From the NCBI GenBank assembly GCA_963765495.1, contig CAVXWP010000001.1, positions 224,001 to 288,000 on the forward strand: 64,000 nucleotides of DNA, read 5' to 3'. The DNA comes from Blastocatellia bacterium (GTDB lineage: Bacteria > Acidobacteriota > Blastocatellia > UBA7656). The notes below the pieces were generated by a model. That model did not search any database, was not told the DNA's origin, and saw nothing but the letters and a program-made list of their open reading frames with translations. Both the position numbers and the translations under genes were made by a program. Below are positions 59,057 to 64,000 of the stretch, one piece after another (the first letter of the stretch is position 1; every line of letters starts with the position of its first letter).

Positions 59057-59449
59057 TCAATCAGTTTGACGTGACTTCGCCTCGAAAGCGCCCGATACTA
59101 TTTCACCGAGCCTCTGTGTGAATGCCGAGCGCGGCAGTATGTAATCGCATCCTGCCCGCTCGGCTGCCTGTTTGAGCGCGACCTCGACGTGCGAGAAAAA
59201 ACCTACTATTGGGACCTCGTTTAATTCGGGCCGCGATTTGAAGAACTCAATCGCCTGTATTGGGTTTATGCGGTTCGCGTGAAGGTCCACAAGCAGCAGG
59301 GCGGGCGGATTATCCACGATATTGTTTTCCAATTGCTCCTGCGATCTTATGCGCTCAAGAGTGCGGCCCGCCGCTTCGGCTGCTCCCTTTATCTTCGAGG
59401 CGAAAAACATATCATCAACTATCAATCCGATCTTATCTGTCATTGGCAT
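59057..59449 (-). CDS. Single-domain atypical response regulator receiver
   Basis: IVDD, LLLVDL, VPIVGF, AGCDYILPRS (conserved Lys absent); start MPM/MTD. Confidence 0.75.
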   Translation of the reverse strand: MPMTDKIGLIVDDMFFASKIKGAAEAAGRTLERIRSQEQLENNIVDNPPALLLVDLHANRINPIQAIEFFKSRPELNEVPIVGFFSHVEVALKQAAERAGCDYILPRSAFTQRLGEIVSGAFEAKSRQTD

Positions 59450-59624
59450 AGGTCTGATCCTCTCGATCACTAATGTAGCAGGGAATTTCAATGAAAGGCG
59501 AATGGGAACAGACAGACCTGTTGAGGGAAACAAGCGCGCTTGCCAACGAAGCGCGTGAGCAAATAGAATATCCGACTTAAAGGCGAAAGGTTTCTCAGAC
59601 AGTTTTAAACAAGGAGATGAAACA

Positions 59625-60080
59625 ATGAGAGTAAAGGCAGTGTTCGTTTGCGCAATGATTTTTTTAGCTTCCGCAATCACTATACAGGCGGCCGATTCAA
59701 AGCTCGACGGAGCATATAAATACGTCTCTACGAAGTTCCCCGGCGGCGAGCAAACCGAAGCTCAGGCCAAAGGCATGATAGTCGTACACGGCAATTACAT
59801 GGCCTATGTTCAGGCCGGTGTGGACAGAAAAACATGGGACCAGAGCGAACCCGAAGACGCGCGCATGAAAAAGATGGTCGAGGCTTATCAGGGTTTGCGC
59901 GCCACGGCGGGCCATTTTGAAATCAGCGGAGACACGATAACCCTGCACCAGATGGCCCAGTCCGCCCCGAGCTCTATGGGTAAGGAAGCCAAATGGAAAT
60001 ACAAACTCGACGGCAACAAGCTTATGCTTACCCCCGAAGGTAACGCGCAGGTTGTCTTTACATTCGAGCGGCTTCCTTAA
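59625..60080 (+). CDS. Exported lipocalin-like domain protein
   Basis: AAGGAG RBS, signal peptide, LDGAYKYVS, YKLDGNKL, FERL C-terminus. Confidence 0.7.
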   Translation: MRVKAVFVCAMIFLASAITIQAADSKLDGAYKYVSTKFPGGEQTEAQAKGMIVVHGNYMAYVQAGVDRKTWDQSEPEDARMKKMVEAYQGLRATAGHFEISGDTITLHQMAQSAPSSMGKEAKWKYKLDGNKLMLTPEGNAQVVFTFERLP

Positions 60081-60115
60081 ATCGCTTACGCTATAGCGCG
60101 ATTGGTAAATTTCGA

Positions 60116-60149
60116 GAAGCCGCCTCTATTGAAAGGGGCGGCTTTTTTT
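60116..60149 (+). terminator. Rho-independent terminator
   Basis: aagccgcctct-attgaa-aggggcggctt followed by T run. Confidence 0.85.
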
Positions 60150-60229
60150 AGTCTGTATTTGTCTTTTCAATGCTTCAACCGGGTACGAGATAATCTAATT
60201 ATTTCCCGAAAGGGAATCTGAGGAGAGGT

Positions 60230-63200
60230 ATGACTTTGAGAATTACACGCCGATTCCTGCTGATCTATATGGCGCTTATACTTGCGAGCGCGCCCGTATC
60301 AACCCTTGCTCAGGAAGAAAAACCTGCGGCAGACAAGACCGAGCAGGAGGAAAACAAGAAACCTGCCGATCCGATGTCAGCGCCAACCTTTGCAGGTCTA
60401 AAGCTCCGTCTCATCGGCCCTGCTTTGACAAGCGGGCGCGTGGTCTCGTTTGCCGTAGACCCGGCAGACCGCTCTCATTATTTTGCGGCTGCGGCCTCGG
60501 GCGGAGTGTGGAAAACCACTAATGCGGGCACCACCTGGATGCCTGTCTTTGACGGCGAAGGCTCTTATTCGATAGGCACGGTTGTTCTCGATCCGAAGAA
60601 TCCTTCTACGGTCTGGGTAGGTGCGGGCGAAAACAACAGCCAGCGCAGCGTCTCTTACGGCGATGGCGTGTATCGCTCAGACGACGGCGGGAAAAGCTGG
60701 AAGAACATGGGGTTGAAAAACTCCGAGCACATAGGGGCCATAGCTATAGACCCGCGAAACACTTCGACGGTTTATGTGGCGGCTCAAGGACCGTTGTGGG
60801 CTTCGGGCGGAGACCGTGGGCTTTTTAAGACGACCGACGGCGGCAAGACGTGGGCGAAAGTGCTTATGATAAGCGAAAACACGGGCGTAACCGACATAGA
60901 AATTGACCCGCGCGACCCCGATACTCTTTACGCGGCGTCTTATCAGCGCCGCCGCCACGTCTGGACTTTGATAAACGGCGGGCCGGAAAGCGCTATCTAC
61001 AAATCGACCGACGCGGGCGCTACGTGGAACAAACTGAAATCGGGTCTTCCCTCAGTAGAGATGGGGCGCATAGGTCTGGCCGTCTCGCCCGCAAATCCCG
61101 ACACGGTCTATGCGACTATCGAAGCAGCTGACGAGAAGGGCGGCGTCTTTCGCTCGACCGACCGTGGCGCAACCTGGGAGCGCCGAAATCCATTCGACGC
61201 AACGGCCATGTACTACGGCCAGATAGTGGCCGATCCAAAAGATGAGGATAGAATCTATCTGCCGAACACGCTCCTTATGGTGAGCGATGACGGGGGAAAG
61301 ACCGTGCGCCCGCTCGGAGAAAAGTCCAAACACGTAGACAATCACGCCATATGGATTGATCCCGAGAACACGGATTATTATCTGGTCGGCTGCGACGGCG
61401 GAATTTATGAAAGCTTTGACCGGGGCGCAAACTGGAACTTCAAATCCAATCTGCCGATCACTCAGTTTTATGATGTCACAGCCGATAATGACACCCCGTT
61501 TTATAATGTGTATGGCGGGACGCAGGACAACTTCAGCCTTGGCGGCCCGTCGCGCACGCACTCGGCTTCCGGCATTCTGAATTCCGACTGGTTCGTCACT
61601 CAGGGCGGAGACGGGTTCCGCACACAGGTAGACCCCGAAGACCCGTATACCATCTATTCGGAATCTCAGCACGGCGGTCTTGTCCGCGTAGACAGGCGAA
61701 CGGGCGAGCGCATGGGGATTCAGCCTCAAGAGGGAAAAAATGAAGCGCCGCTCAGGTGGAACTGGGACTCGCCTTTTATTATCAGCCCGCATTCGCATAC
61801 GCGGCTTTATTTCGCCGCGAATCGGCTCTTTCGCAGCGATGATCGCGGAGATAGCTGGCGCGCATTGAGCGGCGACCTCTCCCGCCAGATAGACAGAAAC
61901 AAACTGCCCGTGATGGACAGGGTGTGGGGGCCTGACGCGGTCGCCAAGAACGCTTCCACGTCGTTTTATGGCAACGTGGTCGCCCTCTCCGAATCACCAA
62001 AGAAAGAAGGCTTGATTTACATAGGCACCGATGACGGGTTGATTCAGGTGTCGGAAGACGGCGGAAACAACTGGCGCAAAATAGAGAAGTTCCCGAACAT
62101 ACCCGATATGACTTACGTCAGCCGCATAGCGGCTTCCGAGCACGATGCCGGAACGGTTTATGCCTCTTTCGACAACCATAAAAACGGCGATTTCAAACCT
62201 TATCTGCTCAAGAGCACCGATGCGGGAAAGAACTGGGTTTCGATCAAGGGCAATCTGCCGGAAAGGGGAAGCGTGCTTGCGATTGCCGAAGATTCGATCA
62301 ATCCGAACCTGCTGTTTGCAGGCACGGAATTCGGATTGTTTTTCACGCTTGACGGCGGGCAGAAATGGATTCAGCTAAAAGGCGGGATGCCCACGATAGC
62401 CGTCCGCGACATCGTCATCCAAAAACGCGAAAACGACCTGGTCATAGGCACGTTCGGGCGCGGCATCTATATCCTGGATGATTTCTCGCCGCTCAGGGCC
62501 ATCACGCCCGACCTGCTCTCTCGTGATAACCTTCTGCCGGTCAAAAACGCGATGATGTACATACAAAGCCAGCCGCTTGGCGGGCGCGGAAAGTCTTTTC
62601 AGGGCGAGTCTTTCTATACGGCGGAGAACCCTCCATTTGGCGCGACCTTTACTTATTATTTGAAGGATTCGCTAAAGACCCGAAAGCAGAAGCGCAAGGA
62701 TGCCGAAAAAGAGGCGGAAAAAAAGGCCGCCTCGCTGCCTTATCCGACTATGGAAGAATTGAGACAGGAGGAGGAAGAGGAAGCCCCAACCGTAGAGTTA
62801 ACCGTTAAGGACGGGCAGGGGCGCGTAGTGCGGCGGCTTTCGGCCCCGACCTCTTCGGGGCTCCATCGTGTTAGCTGGGATTTGCGCTATCCGGCGAGCA
62901 CGCTTCCTCCGCCACGTTCGGGCGGGGAAGGCGCGGAGAGTATTTTCGCTGATCGTCCGTCGGGTCCGCTTGTGATGCCCGGCAAGTTCACCGTGACGAT
63001 TGCCCGGAGGGTAGACGGCGTGCTGACTCCGATTGCGGGGGCGCAGGAGTTTTCCGTCTTTGTGGAAGGCACCTCCTCGATGTCGCCCGCAGATCGCGCC
63101 GCGCTCGTAGAGTTTCAGCAAAAGGCGGCCAGCTTGCAGCGGGCCGTCTCGGGAGCCTTGCAGACCGCAAATGAACTGAAGACGCGCATGGGGGCGATAA

Positions 63201-63568
63201 AGCGGGCGCTGCTTGAGACCCCCGCGGCAGGCAATCAGATGACCGAATCGGCGCTGTCGATTGAAAAGAGGCTGGACGAAATACTTCGCGCCCTGCGCGG
63301 AGACACGGTGCTGCGCGCCCGAAACGAACCCGTCCCGCCTTCGATCAGCGAGCGGGTAAACGGGATAGTGTCCGACCAGCGAATGTCTACGTCGAAGCCC
63401 ACCGAGACGCAGATGACTGCCTACAGAATCGCGTCCGATGAGTTCAGTCAGGAACTTACAAAACTGCGTTCCTTAATCGAAGGCGATCTTGCGAGGCTTG
63501 AGAAAGAGATGGAAACGGCTGGCGCTCCCTGGACTCCGGGCCGCATCCCCGACTGGAAGGATAATTGA
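60230..63568 (+). CDS. VPS10/sortilin-like BNR-repeat (glycosyl hydrolase-like) secreted protein
   Basis: Many Asp-boxes (S/T-x-D-x-G-x-T/S-W); IGPALTSGRV; GGTQDN; helical C-terminus. Confidence 0.88.
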   Translation: MTLRITRRFLLIYMALILASAPVSTLAQEEKPAADKTEQEENKKPADPMSAPTFAGLKLRLIGPALTSGRVVSFAVDPADRSHYFAAAASGGVWKTTNAGTTWMPVFDGEGSYSIGTVVLDPKNPSTVWVGAGENNSQRSVSYGDGVYRSDDGGKSWKNMGLKNSEHIGAIAIDPRNTSTVYVAAQGPLWASGGDRGLFKTTDGGKTWAKVLMISENTGVTDIEIDPRDPDTLYAASYQRRRHVWTLINGGPESAIYKSTDAGATWNKLKSGLPSVEMGRIGLAVSPANPDTVYATIEAADEKGGVFRSTDRGATWERRNPFDATAMYYGQIVADPKDEDRIYLPNTLLMVSDDGGKTVRPLGEKSKHVDNHAIWIDPENTDYYLVGCDGGIYESFDRGANWNFKSNLPITQFYDVTADNDTPFYNVYGGTQDNFSLGGPSRTHSASGILNSDWFVTQGGDGFRTQVDPEDPYTIYSESQHGGLVRVDRRTGERMGIQPQEGKNEAPLRWNWDSPFIISPHSHTRLYFAANRLFRSDDRGDSWRALSGDLSRQIDRNKLPVMDRVWGPDAVAKNASTSFYGNVVALSESPKKEGLIYIGTDDGLIQVSEDGGNNWRKIEKFPNIPDMTYVSRIAASEHDAGTVYASFDNHKNGDFKPYLLKSTDAGKNWVSIKGNLPERGSVLAIAEDSINPNLLFAGTEFGLFFTLDGGQKWIQLKGGMPTIAVRDIVIQKRENDLVIGTFGRGIYILDDFSPLRAITPDLLSRDNLLPVKNAMMYIQSQPLGGRGKSFQGESFYTAENPPFGATFTYYLKDSLKTRKQKRKDAEKEAEKKAASLPYPTMEELRQEEEEEAPTVELTVKDGQGRVVRRLSAPTSSGLHRVSWDLRYPASTLPPPRSGGEGAESIFADRPSGPLVMPGKFTVTIARRVDGVLTPIAGAQEFSVFVEGTSSMSPADRAALVEFQQKAASLQRAVSGALQTANELKTRMGAIKRALLETPAAGNQMTESALSIEKRLDEILRALRGDTVLRARNEPVPPSISERVNGIVSDQRMSTSKPTETQMTAYRIASDEFSQELTKLRSLIEGDLARLEKEMETAGAPWTPGRIPDWKDN

Positions 63569-63575
63569 TCTTTTG

Positions 63576-63609
63576 CCGATCCGAGATTTCATTTGAGATC
63601 TCGGATCGG
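63576..63609. terminator. Hairpin after the VPS10-like gene
   Basis: ccgatccgagat...atctcggatcgg. Confidence 0.55.
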
Positions 63610-63764
63610 CAGCAGCCTTTCAGCCATCGCCTTTCAGCCATTGCGAGCGACCGTCTTCGCGACCGCGCAAATATCCTGTAATCGAGCAGACCCGTTTTTT
63701 TGCCCGATTATCAGATCGGTCTAAAGACATAATGGTTCTGCCTGTTTGACGATTCACCCTGTAT

Positions 63765-63928
63765 TAGACCAATTTCCAGTCGCATATACGGCAAATGTAG
63801 GGGCAGCCCGAATGAGTACATTTATTGTGGCTGCCCGAATCCGTCGTAAGCGCGATGATGGTCATCGCCCTTCGGGCGATCCGGGCAAGGACAAGCCTTG
63901 CCCCTACACTCATTCGGGAATTGGTATA
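63765..63928. repeat. REPIN-like element: two inverted GTAG-REPs inside ACCAATT/AATTGGT inverted ends
   Basis: tagaccaatttcc ... GTAGgggcagcc(63797) ... gcccCTAC(63907) ... gggaattggtata. Confidence 0.75.
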
Positions 63929-64000
63929 AGCGCTTCCATTTTCAATGAAGCTGACCCCTGAATATATAGGGGTGATTTGCCATACCGATATTTCTGAAAA

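Noticed and set aside
63746-63961. Small ORFs sharing HRPSGDPGKDKPCPY (also 48678-48977)
   Set aside because: Shared peptide is simply the translated REP repeat

Overview
Gene-dense bacterial chromosome segment. Gene content (Oar-type and carboxypeptidase-domain TonB receptors, DUF1800/DUF1501, TPR proteins, VPS10/BNR protein) suggests Acidobacteriota, probably Blastocatellia; this is an inference. In order: (1) the 3' part of a surface/exopolysaccharide operon (1-15354); (2) an unusual three-gene run encoding a catalytically dead membrane Ser/Thr pseudokinase, an ExeA-type AAA ATPase and a highly divergent sigma-70-like protein behind a sigma54-type promoter (15727-20013); (3) a Rieske oxygenase, an APC permease and a TPR protein; (4) a putatively phosphate-starvation-regulated TonB-receptor locus with two matching 11-bp-periodic Pho-box-like promoters, a frameshifted lipoprotein gene, a TonB-receptor remnant and a stand-alone OmpR/PhoB DNA-binding domain (24005-29919); (5) DUF1800/DUF1501; (6) dcd interrupted by a 377-aa HNH intein; (7) housekeeping and metabolic genes (AONS/SPT-family enzyme, ALDH, M20 peptidase, lipid kinase, guaB, proS, ptsI/ptsH, oppABC) and large secreted proteins. 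Many intergenic spaces hold short non-autonomous palindromic elements (heptamer-armed inverted repeats, an AATAGGCC MITE-like family, GTAG-type REPs), and one lies in-frame inside the lipid kinase gene. No rRNA, tRNA, CRISPR array or transposase was recognised. All calls come from reading motifs by eye; no database search was run.
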